A program made the translations under genes and the position numbers. The notes beneath the pieces were generated by a model. It ran no database searches. It was not told the origin of the DNA and saw only the letters and a list, made by a program, of their open reading frames with translations. A DNA stretch of 52,289 nt from a virus (lineage: Duplodnaviria > Caudoviricetes): IMG/VR virus record IMGVR_UViG_3300049846_000828, positions 1 to 52,289 of that record. One strand, 5' to 3'. Numbering within the stretch: the stretch's first letter is position 1; every line of letters starts with the position of its first letter. Below are positions 36,036-46,674 of this stretch, in pieces.

Positions 36036-39000
36036 TGAGCACTGCGATCGCCTGGGGCAACTGGGAGCCGTACAAGGCCAAGCGTGAAGTCTCGGCTGCC
36101 GATATGTTCAATACCGAGTTCGAGCGCCAGATGAAGGTCGACAACGCGGTGCGGTCCGGTGAGGACATCGTCGCGGAGTTCGACAAGCGATCCGACGAGA
36201 TCAAGAAGGTCATCGGCGTCGACCTCGGCAATCCCCTGCGTCTGCCGGTCGAGCCAGCCCAGACCGATGCCATGGGTGGCGTTATGTCACCCGGTGGCAT
36301 GTGGGCAGATCACGTTGCGGCCTACAACACGAAGCTCAAGGAACTTGCTCAGAAGCATCCCGAGCATGCGACGATCATTCGGGCGGATGAGACACCGGAT
36401 CTCATCGTCGCCAAGCGCAAGCAGGGTTTGGAACAGCGCTCTGCCGACCTGACCGAGCAAGCCGGGTTGATCGAAGGCCGTGAAATCCCCGTGATTGGAC
36501 GGGTGCCCGTTGTTCGGGACGTGGCCGCGCTTGGCCGCAACCTTGTCGTTCACCCCATCAACACGCTCGCCCAGTTCGGCGGCAGCCTCTACGCGCAAGC
36601 GCATGACCCCGTGGAAGCGGGCATGAGCCTTCTGGGCTTTGGGGCTGGCAAGGCTGCCAATTCGATCCTGAAGACGGCACTGAAGAACGCGGCGTCGAAT
36701 GCCGCGATGGAAGCGATGATGCAGCCGCTTCGCCAGGAGCAGCGCAAGAATGCTGGCCTCGACTACGGCTGGGAACGCGCCCTGATGAACATCGAGGGGG
36801 CGGCGGCGGCTGGCGCTGTGCTCGATGCCGCGGTGCGTGGGCCGTATCGAGCAGCAATTACCCGCATCGGGCGGGATGTTCCGGAAGGGCAGATGTTCTC
36901 CCGGCAGGGCCGCGGCGGCTGGCTGACCGATGCCATCCCCCAGACCGAACCGATCAAGCCGGTCGTTCGGGAACAGATCACCCCGGAAGAGCTTGAGAAG
37001 GCACGGGCGGGAGATATCACGGCCGTCGAATCCATCGCCCGCAAGACGGGGGCGATTGAGGATCCGACCGTTAAGGGTCTGCTCGATTACGCCAAGACGG
37101 GCGCTGTGATTGATGACGCCATGGTCGCACGCTTCAAACAGATGGGCATCGATCACGGGGAGGGGATGCACATGCTCTCCAACCTCATCGGCATGGAGGG
37201 GAAGGGCTATGTCCGGGCACCCGATCCGATTCCGGAAGCCAGGGCGGCGCTGGACGAAGCCGGTGCGGCAGAGCTTGCCCCTCGGGTGCAGGAGATCAAC
37301 CAACGCATCGCAGAAGCCCCACAGGCGATCCGTGAGGCCGTCCAGGCTGGAATTGGGGCTGGACTACCGGAAATCGTCAAGGCAGCCCGTGCGGCCCTCT
37401 CAGGCGATCTGGACGGCATGCGGAAAGCCATTGACGAGGCAGGCGGGGCAGACCTTGTGGCCGATCGCGTCACGGTGCACACCGCAACCAATCCGATAGC
37501 CGTGGCGAAAGCTCTGCGCCGGTCACCGGAAGCGATGGATTCGAGCGTCCCGATGCGGACGGACTTCATGCGCACGGCACGGGCCTTGGCTGCCCTGGAT
37601 GATGCCGCCTTCGACATGGTGCTACGCGGGCAAGCTCACCCGCTCGAAGCACAGCTTGTGGCTGATATGGTTCCGCCCGGTCATCATGCCGAGACGCTAC
37701 GGAAGATTTCATCCGCCAACTTCCGCACTATTGGCGAAGTCAAGGAAGCGGTTCGCGAGCTTGCACCAGAGGACAGCGCTGCCCCGCAGACGGCAAGCCG
37801 GATTGATGATCCCTCGGGACCGCAGGCCAAGGAGCAGGTTGCGGATTTGGAGAAGTCTCTTGCGGCTGAGGTCGAAGAAGCTACGGCACCGATCAAGCGC
37901 CGTGAGGAACTGGAAAGCAAGGTCGAGACCCTGAAAGGGGAGATTGCGAAGCTCGAAGAGCAGCAGGGCAAGGCAACTCCTAAGCCAAGTGCAGAGCGCG
38001 AATACATCGACCCAGAAACGGGACAGACGGTTCCGTCGGGAGACATTGAAGCCATCGCAAACATGGCTGAATACGTCGCAGAAATGCGCCGCGTGCCGAA
38101 GCCCGAAAGTCTTACTTCGTTCTTGATTAAAAGTGGTCGCGTCAAAGACGAGTCAGGTGAACTCACCACCATGCTTGGCGGGAAAAGCCGTCAGCTAATA
38201 TCTGGCAAAGGATTGCCGCTAGATAGGGCGGCTTTGCTGGCGTGGGAGCAAGGGTTTATCGATAGTGCGGAGCGCCCAACGGTTCGGCAACTGTTAGAAC
38301 TTCTTGACGAAGATATCCGAGGCAACCGCGTTGTGCGGTTGGCGGATCGTTCTATAATGGACGACCTCGCGGTTGCCCGCGAAATGGAGACTGACCTTGA
38401 AAGACTCGGACTCAAAGCAGGCGCAAGCCGACAAGAAATCGAAGCGTACTTCTCCGGCGGAAATCGCCAAGGCGGGGAGGGCAGCAGTGCAACGCCTTCT
38501 CAGCGAGCGATCGAAGGGGAGCAACTTTATGCGCTCAGTGAGCCCCAAAAAGAGCGACTAGATAGAGCGAGGCAGGCCGGGTTCGATACGTCTCGCGTGC
38601 TTTACCACGGCACGGGGAACGAGATTGACGCATTCAGTTTGCGCCGCGCGCAAGACAAAGAAGGACGAGCACGCGGCCTTGGTCTTGGCAAAGGCAAGAT
38701 TTATCTAACGGCCAACCAATGGTCAGCGAGCGAATGGGCGTTGCAAGCGCCATCGCGCGGCCTTGGCAGTGCGCCAAATGTCATCCCGGTCTTTGTTCGC
38801 GGCAAGCTCCTTGACGAAAAGGCATATCAGGCGAAGTTCGCTGAGTTAGCTGGCGGTCGCCAAATCTGGGACTCGACGCTGACGATGCTGGAGCGTGATG
38901 CGCTCATTGCTAAAACCGACGAGTGGGCGAAGTCTGAAGGCTATGCTGGTATCCAACAAGCCTATCGCAATCAGGCTGGCGACATTTTGGAAGTTGGCCA

Positions 39001-42000
39001 AGTTGCAATTTTTGACCCCTCCAACATCCGCAGTGTCAATGCCGACTTTGATCCTGCAAAGTCATCCAGCCCGAAGCTGATGGCAGCCCTCTCGCCAGAC
39101 CGTGGCAAGCCATCTCTCGACGAAACCGCTCTATCCCCCGCCGACAAGAAGCTACTCGACAAGATCACCGAACGCACCGGGCTTGAACCAGACCAGATCG
39201 CAGAGCAACGCGCTCAAGGCCAGTCCTTTGGCAAACGCGCAGATGCTGCACTCGACAAGGCTATCCGGTTTGAGAAGGACGAGAAGGCCGCGACGGATAT
39301 TGCCACCAAGCGGGCAGAGCTTCGCCAGGCCGAACGCGAACTCGAACAGCTTCAGATGGAGCAGGCCCGCACCATTGGCGATTCAGCCATGTTCCGCATG
39401 GTCATGGAACGGGCAGCGATCCAGCGCCAGATAGACGTCAGGCGTGCCATTGATGACGCCCTGAGCCTGGGAGACCGCATTCTCCCCGAGAACACCCGCG
39501 TCGAGGTCCGCACGGACGAGATGCGTGATCCGGTTTCCGGTGCTCTGCTTGATGCCTCGAGCGACACCATGACGGGAGATATTGCACTCGCCTCCTATGC
39601 CATGAATCCGGCGGGACGGATGGGCCATGAAGGGCTTCATACCCTTGTCACCAAGGGGCACGTCTCACCGCAGGAAGTGAAACTGCTTGCCAAGCTCGCC
39701 CGTGAGCGCGGCTTGTTCAAGGATGAGGCCCGCTATCGCGAAGCCTATGCTGGCAGAGACAACCTAGACGCCCTGATCGATGAGGAAGCCGCGGCACATG
39801 CCATTGAGGCCCGCATCAACGGTACGGATATCGGCCCTGCCAACACGATGGCAGACCGTATCAAGCAATTGATTGAGCGGATCAGGAACGCTCTTGATGG
39901 CTACGGCTTCAAGACGGCGGATGATGTTGCGAGAGCGATCATTGACGGCGAAGCGGCGCATAGGACCGCACGGGCTGAATGGATGCGCGGTGAAGTCCGA
40001 GAGAAAATGCGGGAAGCGGCTGACCGTGGTGTGACGCTGCCTGACGGAACGAATGTCAAAGGCGTTCCGCTCTATGCCATCCGCGCCTATCACGGCTCTC
40101 CGCATGACTTCGACAGGTTCGATCTATCAAAGATCGGGACCGGCGAGGGTGCACAGGCTTACGGGCATGGGCTGTATTTTGCTGAGAATGACGATGTGGC
40201 TAGACAGTATTTGCGAAAGTTGGCCGATGCCGATGCAACGCCTGGGTGGTTCCGCGATCAATCTGGCGATGTCGATTTTTTCAACGCTCCGACCGGCCTA
40301 GCGCTGTTGCGCGGTGAGCGCCGCGCAAACCTAACGAATGCGGAGCTAATTCAATCTGCACAGCAAGAATTGGCGAGGGCGCAAGGGGTCAAAAACCAGC
40401 AATTGCGTGATGTGCAGACGCGAAAGGCGCAGGCTGTTCTTGATTATGTTCAGGGCAATCCGACGCTGCGTTTTGACTGGAACCCGGCGACCGGCCGCAT
40501 GTACGAGGTCAACATCAAGGCCGATCCGAACGATTTCTTGGATTGGGATAAGCCGCTAAGCCAGCAGTCAGAGAAGGTGAGGGGGGCGGCATTTGGGACC
40601 GTTCCGTCCGACAAGCGTGCCTACTTTGAGAAATGGGCAAGCGATCCTGAGGTAACAGCGCGAGATGTTTACGAGCAGATTGGCGGCGCTATAGCCCCAG
40701 GCGACGGGAAGACGCACGCATCACCAAAAGTCGCCTCTGCCCTCCGCGAAGCAGGCATCCCCGGCATCAAATACCTAGACCAAGGCTCTCGTGGTGCTGG
40801 TGAGGGATCACGAAACTATGTCGTGTTCGATGACAGCCTGATCGAGATTGTCGCCAAGGACGGGAAGCCGGTGAAGTCGGAGGCCATGTTCGCCATGCGC
40901 TCTGAACCCCTAGACATGAGCCCGGAAGCGAGGAAAGCAAGAGCGGAGCAGATGGGGTTTGATACGAGTAAGGTCTGGTATCATGGGGCATCCAGGTCAG
41001 ACAGAATTGCTGACGCTGGCAAGTTTGATCCGAAGCGCGCCACATCAGGACCGATGGCGTTTTTTACAGACGACCCGACGATTGCGTCGAACTATGCAAA
41101 GGGCAAAGCAGACACATCTCTCAACGACGACGGTGACATCTCCAAGTACTTTACTGTCTCGCCAAAAGACGTTGGAGATGCCAGGGGGCGAACGCCGTAC
41201 AGTGTTGAACAAACATGGTATCGACTGCCGCCTGAACAGCGATCGCAAATTGCGGCCAGGGCAAAGCGCGTTGGGTACGAAAACCCACAAGAGGCAACTG
41301 GACCATTGACGCTTCACAGCGAAGGTACAGATGCGTCTCTCAATGGGGATCATTTCGATTACATCTTGAGGACTGAGGCGCGTGGGAACGTCCTCACGGC
41401 GCTTCGCATCATGTGGCACGACAGCGGCGAACTGTTCGGGCAACCGGAAGCGATGATGGATATCTGGCGCTTAGCTGGATATCCCCACAAGATCAGCGAA
41501 AAGACGGCTCCATGGTATGAAGCGCAGGGCGTTTTGCCGGTCTACATGAAGATGAAGAACCCGCTAGACACCAGCGATATGGCATCGCTTTCGCGCGTAG
41601 CAGACGCACTAGACGAAGCATTTAAGCGTGACCGCACTAGGCTCAAAGAATACGGTGCTGATGGCTGGGATAAAAACTCGCGATATACGCCGAGGGACTG
41701 GGTGAAAACTCTCAAAGACGACATTGCGGCAGGCAAAAGCAGCTTCGTCTTCACGTCCATCCCCGACAAAGTGACTGAGCAACTGCGGGCGCTCGGATAC
41801 GACGGGATCATTGATCGCGGCGGTAAAATGGGTGGTGCTGGACACGACGTTGCGATCCCGTTTGATCCGCAACAGGTCCGTTCTGTAAACGCTGAGTTTG
41901 ATCCGTCTCAATCAGGATCAGCAAAGCTGCTCGCAGCCATGCGCTCTGAAGACGCCCCAGAGATCCCACCTCTCAAATCAGACATGGCCATTGTAGACCG

Positions 42001-42040
42001 TCTGAACTCCCTTAAAGAATTGATCGAGGCTTGCCGATGA
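36035..42040 (+). CDS. 2001-aa polyvalent internal virion protein: three ART-PolyVal-like ADP-ribosyltransferase domains plus an HExxH metallopeptidase motif
   Basis: LYHGT/AYHGS/WYHGA starts, G(Y/I)xGI and V.FD endings, and HEGLH at 39626-39640 with downstream EEAAA. Confidence 0.8.
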   Translation: MSTAIAWGNWEPYKAKREVSAADMFNTEFERQMKVDNAVRSGEDIVAEFDKRSDEIKKVIGVDLGNPLRLPVEPAQTDAMGGVMSPGGMWADHVAAYNTKLKELAQKHPEHATIIRADETPDLIVAKRKQGLEQRSADLTEQAGLIEGREIPVIGRVPVVRDVAALGRNLVVHPINTLAQFGGSLYAQAHDPVEAGMSLLGFGAGKAANSILKTALKNAASNAAMEAMMQPLRQEQRKNAGLDYGWERALMNIEGAAAAGAVLDAAVRGPYRAAITRIGRDVPEGQMFSRQGRGGWLTDAIPQTEPIKPVVREQITPEELEKARAGDITAVESIARKTGAIEDPTVKGLLDYAKTGAVIDDAMVARFKQMGIDHGEGMHMLSNLIGMEGKGYVRAPDPIPEARAALDEAGAAELAPRVQEINQRIAEAPQAIREAVQAGIGAGLPEIVKAARAALSGDLDGMRKAIDEAGGADLVADRVTVHTATNPIAVAKALRRSPEAMDSSVPMRTDFMRTARALAALDDAAFDMVLRGQAHPLEAQLVADMVPPGHHAETLRKISSANFRTIGEVKEAVRELAPEDSAAPQTASRIDDPSGPQAKEQVADLEKSLAAEVEEATAPIKRREELESKVETLKGEIAKLEEQQGKATPKPSAEREYIDPETGQTVPSGDIEAIANMAEYVAEMRRVPKPESLTSFLIKSGRVKDESGELTTMLGGKSRQLISGKGLPLDRAALLAWEQGFIDSAERPTVRQLLELLDEDIRGNRVVRLADRSIMDDLAVAREMETDLERLGLKAGASRQEIEAYFSGGNRQGGEGSSATPSQRAIEGEQLYALSEPQKERLDRARQAGFDTSRVLYHGTGNEIDAFSLRRAQDKEGRARGLGLGKGKIYLTANQWSASEWALQAPSRGLGSAPNVIPVFVRGKLLDEKAYQAKFAELAGGRQIWDSTLTMLERDALIAKTDEWAKSEGYAGIQQAYRNQAGDILEVGQVAIFDPSNIRSVNADFDPAKSSSPKLMAALSPDRGKPSLDETALSPADKKLLDKITERTGLEPDQIAEQRAQGQSFGKRADAALDKAIRFEKDEKAATDIATKRAELRQAERELEQLQMEQARTIGDSAMFRMVMERAAIQRQIDVRRAIDDALSLGDRILPENTRVEVRTDEMRDPVSGALLDASSDTMTGDIALASYAMNPAGRMGHEGLHTLVTKGHVSPQEVKLLAKLARERGLFKDEARYREAYAGRDNLDALIDEEAAAHAIEARINGTDIGPANTMADRIKQLIERIRNALDGYGFKTADDVARAIIDGEAAHRTARAEWMRGEVREKMREAADRGVTLPDGTNVKGVPLYAIRAYHGSPHDFDRFDLSKIGTGEGAQAYGHGLYFAENDDVARQYLRKLADADATPGWFRDQSGDVDFFNAPTGLALLRGERRANLTNAELIQSAQQELARAQGVKNQQLRDVQTRKAQAVLDYVQGNPTLRFDWNPATGRMYEVNIKADPNDFLDWDKPLSQQSEKVRGAAFGTVPSDKRAYFEKWASDPEVTARDVYEQIGGAIAPGDGKTHASPKVASALREAGIPGIKYLDQGSRGAGEGSRNYVVFDDSLIEIVAKDGKPVKSEAMFAMRSEPLDMSPEARKARAEQMGFDTSKVWYHGASRSDRIADAGKFDPKRATSGPMAFFTDDPTIASNYAKGKADTSLNDDGDISKYFTVSPKDVGDARGRTPYSVEQTWYRLPPEQRSQIAARAKRVGYENPQEATGPLTLHSEGTDASLNGDHFDYILRTEARGNVLTALRIMWHDSGELFGQPEAMMDIWRLAGYPHKISEKTAPWYEAQGVLPVYMKMKNPLDTSDMASLSRVADALDEAFKRDRTRLKEYGADGWDKNSRYTPRDWVKTLKDDIAAGKSSFVFTSIPDKVTEQLRALGYDGIIDRGGKMGGAGHDVAIPFDPQQVRSVNAEFDPSQSGSAKLLAAMRSEDAPEIPPLKSDMAIVDRLNSLKELIEACR

Positions 42041-44913
42041 GCTTGGCACAGTGCTTCTCGAAAGCCCGCAAATTCGGTGTCATATCCTCGCTTGAGGAAA
42101 TCGACCTCAAGGCCCGCTATGACAAGATCATGGCTGAGGCGACCGATCCCGCCGCCGCACGCAAGCAAATGGCGCTGGAACTGCAAACCGAAGCCGAACA
42201 CCGCAAGCGCGTGGCCCTCCTGTCCGAAGCCGCCCGTGCCCGGATATTCGACACCCTCAACAACTATCGCAATCTGAACGGCGAGGTCGACAAGGCCGAA
42301 GCCTTCGTGATGCTGCATGAAAACTTTGGCCGTCTTGGGAGCTACATCGACGACGCCGTTTCCAAGCAAGACGTCATCATCCGAACAGCGCAACGAGAAC
42401 TTAAGCTTGTTCTAAAAGAGTTCAAACGCGGTGCATTCACGGGCGACCGTCGCAGGCAAGGTAAGTGGGTCGGCAATAAAGCCGTCGGCGTTCGCATGGA
42501 CAACTTCGTCAAGGAGCTGTTCGGGGAGACGACAGGAGACGCTACAGCCAAGGCCATGGCCGATGCCTGGGTGAAGGTATCAGACGAACTCAGGGAACGG
42601 TTCAACGCAGCGGGCGGCGCTATCGGCAAGCTCGAAAAATGGGGCCTGCCTCAGTCGCACAACCGCGAAGCCCTCATCAATGCCGGAAAAGAAGGCTGGA
42701 TCGAATACATGATGGGCGATCGCGTTCTTGACCGGGAGCGCACGGTTCACCCCTTAAGCCGCAAGCCCTATAGCGATGGAGATCTCAGGGAAGCTCTTGG
42801 CGTGGCTTGGGACCGGATTGTCACTGACGGCTGGATCGACCGTGAGATTGAGACGAGCGGCATGGGCGCGCGTCCCGCGCTCTATCGCCAGCACTCTGAC
42901 CACCGGTTCTTGCATTTCCAAAACGCGGAAAGCTGGCTTGCCTATCAGCGTGAGTTCGGTCAGCCCGATGTGTTCGCCACCATCATCGGCCACGTCAACA
43001 CCATGGCCCGTGACATCGCCCACATGGAGACGTTCGGACCTAACCCGAACATGGTCCGCGATTACATCAAGGCGATCCTCAAGCAGGAAGCCGCCAGCCA
43101 ACGGGCGATGGATGTCATCTTTGCGGAGAAGAAAGTCCGCATCGAACGGCTGAAAGAGCAGTTCCCGGCCGTCAACGAAGACCCCAGGTGGAAGCGCATT
43201 GAAGATACCATGGATCGGCTGAAGACCATTCATGCAGAGCTTGCCACCTTGCGCAAGTCGTTCAAGCCGAACGAGGGGCCATCAAAGCGCACCAAGGCCA
43301 AGATGGACGAACTCTATAAGAAGATGGAGTTCGAGCACGAGATGCTTCGCAAGATCGAAGCTGAGGCCAACGACTTCACCATGTTCATGCATGACGACCC
43401 GCTCGTCGAGAACGCGGCGCGGGCAGAGATGGTGCAGCTCATCAACGAGATTGCCGAGCCGTTTGGTATCGCACGGGATATGACACCACAGGATGCGTCG
43501 GACTATCTAGCAGGACGGTTCAAGCGTGCCGACGCCATGTGGGAGATCATGCGTGGCTCGGCTCCGGTCAATCTGAAATGGGCCAACCGGATGGCCAGCA
43601 CTCGCAATGTGGTGACAGCAAGCTCTCTTGGTGCCGCCTGGCTATCGTCCTTGTCAGACCCGGCTTTCGGCCAAGACATGCGCATGCGTCTCGGCATGTC
43701 GTTTGCGGAATCGAATGCTTGGCGTTTGATGGCGCGCGTCATGATCGAGATGATTACCATGGGGAAAAGGGAGGATGGGATTGCCGCCTCCCTTGGCCTC
43801 GATAGCGCAATGAACGTGATGCAGCAGTCGTCCCGCATGATGGGCTCGGTCGACATGCGTGGCTGGACCGGGTTCGTGGCTGATCGTGTCTTGACCAATG
43901 GTCTGTTGGCTCCCTGGACGCAGGCTGGCAAGCATACGGCGGGCCTCGACGTCATGCGCTACGCGGGCAAGATATCGGGCTTCGACTTCTACAAACTTCC
44001 AGAAGGCATGCAGAAGGCTCTCAAGACGCACGGCATTGACGCTGCGTCTTGGAATGAGATCCGAACGGCTCCCTTGCACGAGGGCATTCTGAGGCCCCAC
44101 GAGGTCGAGAAATGGGCGGGGCGCAAGCTTGGCGAACGCTATCTGGCGATGATCCTCAAAGAAACCCGCTACGCCGTTCCTGAAAGCACCGTCGAATCAC
44201 GTTCTGTCTTCACGGGTCTTCAGGCAGGCACGTTCCTTGGTGAAGCGGTGCGTTCGGCCGGGATGTTCAAGGGCTTTGCAACCTCCATCGTATTCCTGCA
44301 GATGCGCCGGGTGGCGCGGGAACTGATGGCCGGGGACAAGAGCGCGGCTAGTTATGCCGGTGCTCTCCTGTTGACCTCGACCCTGCTTGGTGCCTTTGCC
44401 ATGGCGCTAAAGGACGTCAAGGACGGGCGCGATCCACGCCGTTGGCTGGATGAAAAGACTTGGCTGGACGCCCGCATGTGGGGCGCGGCCCTGCTGCAAT
44501 CCGGTGGCCTCGGCATCTTTGGTGACCTGCTGTTCTCGGACGTCAACCGCTTCGGGGGCGGGCTAGGGGAGACCATCGCAGGCCCGCTTGGCGCTCGTGT
44601 CGATACGGCCAAGGACATTCTGATCCAAGCCCCAATCAATGCCATGTATGGCAAGGATACCAAGCTCGGCGCCAACGCGGTGAAGTTCGCCAAGCAGTGG
44701 ACGCCTGGGCAGAACCTCTGGCCGATCGGCCTCATTGCGCAGCGCCGGTTGTTCGAACAGGCCCAAATCCTGATGGACCGCGAGGCTCATTCGGCCTTCA
44801 AGCGGGACATCACCAAGCGCCGCAAGGACTACGGCCAAGACTACTGGTGGCCACCGGGCGAGACGAGCCCGCGCCGCGCGCCCGACCTCACGAGAATTTT
44901 CGCGACCAGATAG
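42037..44913 (+). CDS. Internal virion/DNA-transfer protein (gp16-like)
   Basis: RFNAAGGAIGKLEKWGLPQSH, HRFLHF, GMFKGF, GRDPR and QSGGLGIFGDLL motifs of epsilon15/BPP-1-like ejection proteins. Confidence 0.8.
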   Translation: MSLAQCFSKARKFGVISSLEEIDLKARYDKIMAEATDPAAARKQMALELQTEAEHRKRVALLSEAARARIFDTLNNYRNLNGEVDKAEAFVMLHENFGRLGSYIDDAVSKQDVIIRTAQRELKLVLKEFKRGAFTGDRRRQGKWVGNKAVGVRMDNFVKELFGETTGDATAKAMADAWVKVSDELRERFNAAGGAIGKLEKWGLPQSHNREALINAGKEGWIEYMMGDRVLDRERTVHPLSRKPYSDGDLREALGVAWDRIVTDGWIDREIETSGMGARPALYRQHSDHRFLHFQNAESWLAYQREFGQPDVFATIIGHVNTMARDIAHMETFGPNPNMVRDYIKAILKQEAASQRAMDVIFAEKKVRIERLKEQFPAVNEDPRWKRIEDTMDRLKTIHAELATLRKSFKPNEGPSKRTKAKMDELYKKMEFEHEMLRKIEAEANDFTMFMHDDPLVENAARAEMVQLINEIAEPFGIARDMTPQDASDYLAGRFKRADAMWEIMRGSAPVNLKWANRMASTRNVVTASSLGAAWLSSLSDPAFGQDMRMRLGMSFAESNAWRLMARVMIEMITMGKREDGIAASLGLDSAMNVMQQSSRMMGSVDMRGWTGFVADRVLTNGLLAPWTQAGKHTAGLDVMRYAGKISGFDFYKLPEGMQKALKTHGIDAASWNEIRTAPLHEGILRPHEVEKWAGRKLGERYLAMILKETRYAVPESTVESRSVFTGLQAGTFLGEAVRSAGMFKGFATSIVFLQMRRVARELMAGDKSAASYAGALLLTSTLLGAFAMALKDVKDGRDPRRWLDEKTWLDARMWGAALLQSGGLGIFGDLLFSDVNRFGGGLGETIAGPLGARVDTAKDILIQAPINAMYGKDTKLGANAVKFAKQWTPGQNLWPIGLIAQRRLFEQAQILMDREAHSAFKRDITKRRKDYGQDYWWPPGETSPRRAPDLTRIFATR

Positions 44914-45005
44914 CGCGAAACAGCAACCACAAACGTCGTTCATTATGGTAAGTGCCAACTGATTCGTTGGTGCGCGTCTGCGTTTGTCAAGAACGGAGAC
45001 CAGAC

Positions 45006-45533
45006 GTGGCCAGCATTGGCTTTATCCCGACCAAGACCAGCATCGAGGTTCGCGAGCCCGACGGCGACGCCGGGACGATTCCGGCCTCCACCCCGTCCAA
45101 TGCGGGGTGCATGACGGCAGAGCAGGCCAAGCAGCTTTTGGAGCTTTGGCAGTGGCACCGGACGCATGTCGGCACTGGCGCACCGGTCATCATCGAGCAC
45201 GCGGTCGACACGTCGGACTTCGTCAACCGGCTCGAGCTCAAGGCCATGATTCAGCAGTTGCCGCGGGCGTTGGACGCCACCCCGCAGATCACGGCATTGC
45301 GCGCGCGCATCGATGATCTATCGCAGCGGCTCAACAGTGAAGCTCGATCAGCGCTTCCCGCGCCGGCAGATGGATCGATCAAGGCCGTCGACGAAGCCGC
45401 CCGGAATGTCCTTGACGTCGTTCTCGTTCAATACGAGGCGCTGGACGAGCGTGTCCGCCGTCTCGAGGGGATCATTGAAACGCTGAAGCAGGTTGCCGAG
45501 GCGAAGGCTGAAGAAGCAGCGAGGGCGGCATGA
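45006..45533 (+). CDS. Hypothetical coiled-coil protein
   Basis: GTG after GGAG, coupled to the lysozyme gene. Confidence 0.65.
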   Translation: MASIGFIPTKTSIEVREPDGDAGTIPASTPSNAGCMTAEQAKQLLELWQWHRTHVGTGAPVIIEHAVDTSDFVNRLELKAMIQQLPRALDATPQITALRARIDDLSQRLNSEARSALPAPADGSIKAVDEAARNVLDVVLVQYEALDERVRRLEGIIETLKQVAEAKAEEAARAA

Positions 45534-46294
45534 ACCTTTCAGACAAGGGCCTCGACTTCATCGTCAGCTTCGAAGGGCTTCTAAAGAAGCTGCCCGATGG
45601 CAGGTACATCGCGTACCGCTGCCCGGCAAACGTGGCCACCATCTACGCAGGCTGCACCGAGGGCGTCACTGATGGAATGATCGTGACGGAGGATGAGGGC
45701 AAGGCGATGTTCCGCCGTGAACTCGCCAAGCACGAAGCTGCCGTCCGCCGTCTCGTGACCGTCGATCTGACACAGAACCAGTTCGATGCGCTGGTGTCGT
45801 TCTCCTATAACGTCGGGGCCGGAGCGCTCCAGAAGTCCACCTTGTTGAAGCACTTGAACAAGGGCGATTATGCCCGTGCCGCTTCGCACTTTGCCGACTT
45901 CAAGAAGGCGGGCGGCAAGGTGCTAAAGGGTCTCGTCCGTCGCCGCGCCGCTGAAGCTGCGCTGTTCATGGATGACGATGAGCCGACCGACATGGTCCAG
46001 AAGGTGGACAAGCCTGATACCAAGATGAAACTGGCTGAGGTGGTCGGCAAGGTTGCGCTTCCGACCGGGGCTGTAGCTGGCACCGGAGCGACGGTCGCGA
46101 CCAAGGAACCAGCAAAGATCGACCCCAAGGCTGCAATCGCCAAGGGCAAAGAAACTCGCGAAGTCATTGAGCAAGCCAAAGACCTCGGGATCTTCGCTCG
46201 AGATATGGGCAAGTGGGCCATGGGCGACGGCATGTTCATTGCGGGCGGGATTCTAGCGGCGGGTGCCGCGGCTTGGTGGTGGAGCAAGCGATGA
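45530..46294 (+). CDS. GH24 phage lysozyme (endolysin) with C-terminal TM segment
   Basis: FEG...AYRCPANVATIYAGCT, QNQFDALVSFSYNVG, GLVRRRAAEAALF and tail FIAGGILAAGAAAWWWSKR. Confidence 0.92.
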   Translation: MNLSDKGLDFIVSFEGLLKKLPDGRYIAYRCPANVATIYAGCTEGVTDGMIVTEDEGKAMFRRELAKHEAAVRRLVTVDLTQNQFDALVSFSYNVGAGALQKSTLLKHLNKGDYARAASHFADFKKAGGKVLKGLVRRRAAEAALFMDDDEPTDMVQKVDKPDTKMKLAEVVGKVALPTGAVAGTGATVATKEPAKIDPKAAIAKGKETREVIEQAKDLGIFARDMGKWAMGDGMFIAGGILAAGAAAWWWSKR

Positions 46295-46542
46295 GAGAAC
46301 TCGTGATTATTGGCGTCGCCGGGGCTGCCCTGGTTGGTGCCTTTACCTTCTACGGTGAAAAGAAGGTCACACAGGAGCGTGCGCGCGTCGAACAACAGGC
46401 AATCAAGAAGGATGGAAAAGCTCAAACCGCTCGCTCTGCTGCTGCCGCTAAGCCTGATGGGATGCTCTCAAAGCACTGTCGAGATTGCGGACAGTCCGGC
46501 GCTGTGTCGATCGTGGAAGCCGGTGACGGTATCAAAAAATGA
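46291..46542 (+). CDS. i-spanin (Rz-like)
   Basis: N-terminal TM, helical periplasmic part and CRDC. Confidence 0.7.
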   Translation: MRELVIIGVAGAALVGAFTFYGEKKVTQERARVEQQAIKKDGKAQTARSAAAAKPDGMLSKHCRDCGQSGAVSIVEAGDGIKK

Positions 46543-46642
46543 CGTTCTGACGCGGCAGACCGCAGAGGAAATCGCCGCCAACAATGCGGCGCAAGAGGTC
46601 TGGTGTCCGTCGAAGTTCGCGTCTCCGTTGGTGCGTGCGTAG
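46412..46642 (+). CDS. o-spanin lipoprotein (Rz1-like), overlapping the i-spanin
   Basis: MEKLKPLALLLPLSLMGC lipobox with two further Cys, in the +1 frame. Confidence 0.78.
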   Translation: MEKLKPLALLLPLSLMGCSQSTVEIADSPALCRSWKPVTVSKNDVLTRQTAEEIAANNAAQEVWCPSKFASPLVRA

Positions 46643-46674
46643 ATTCACTTCACACGAGCACGCTATGAGCACGC

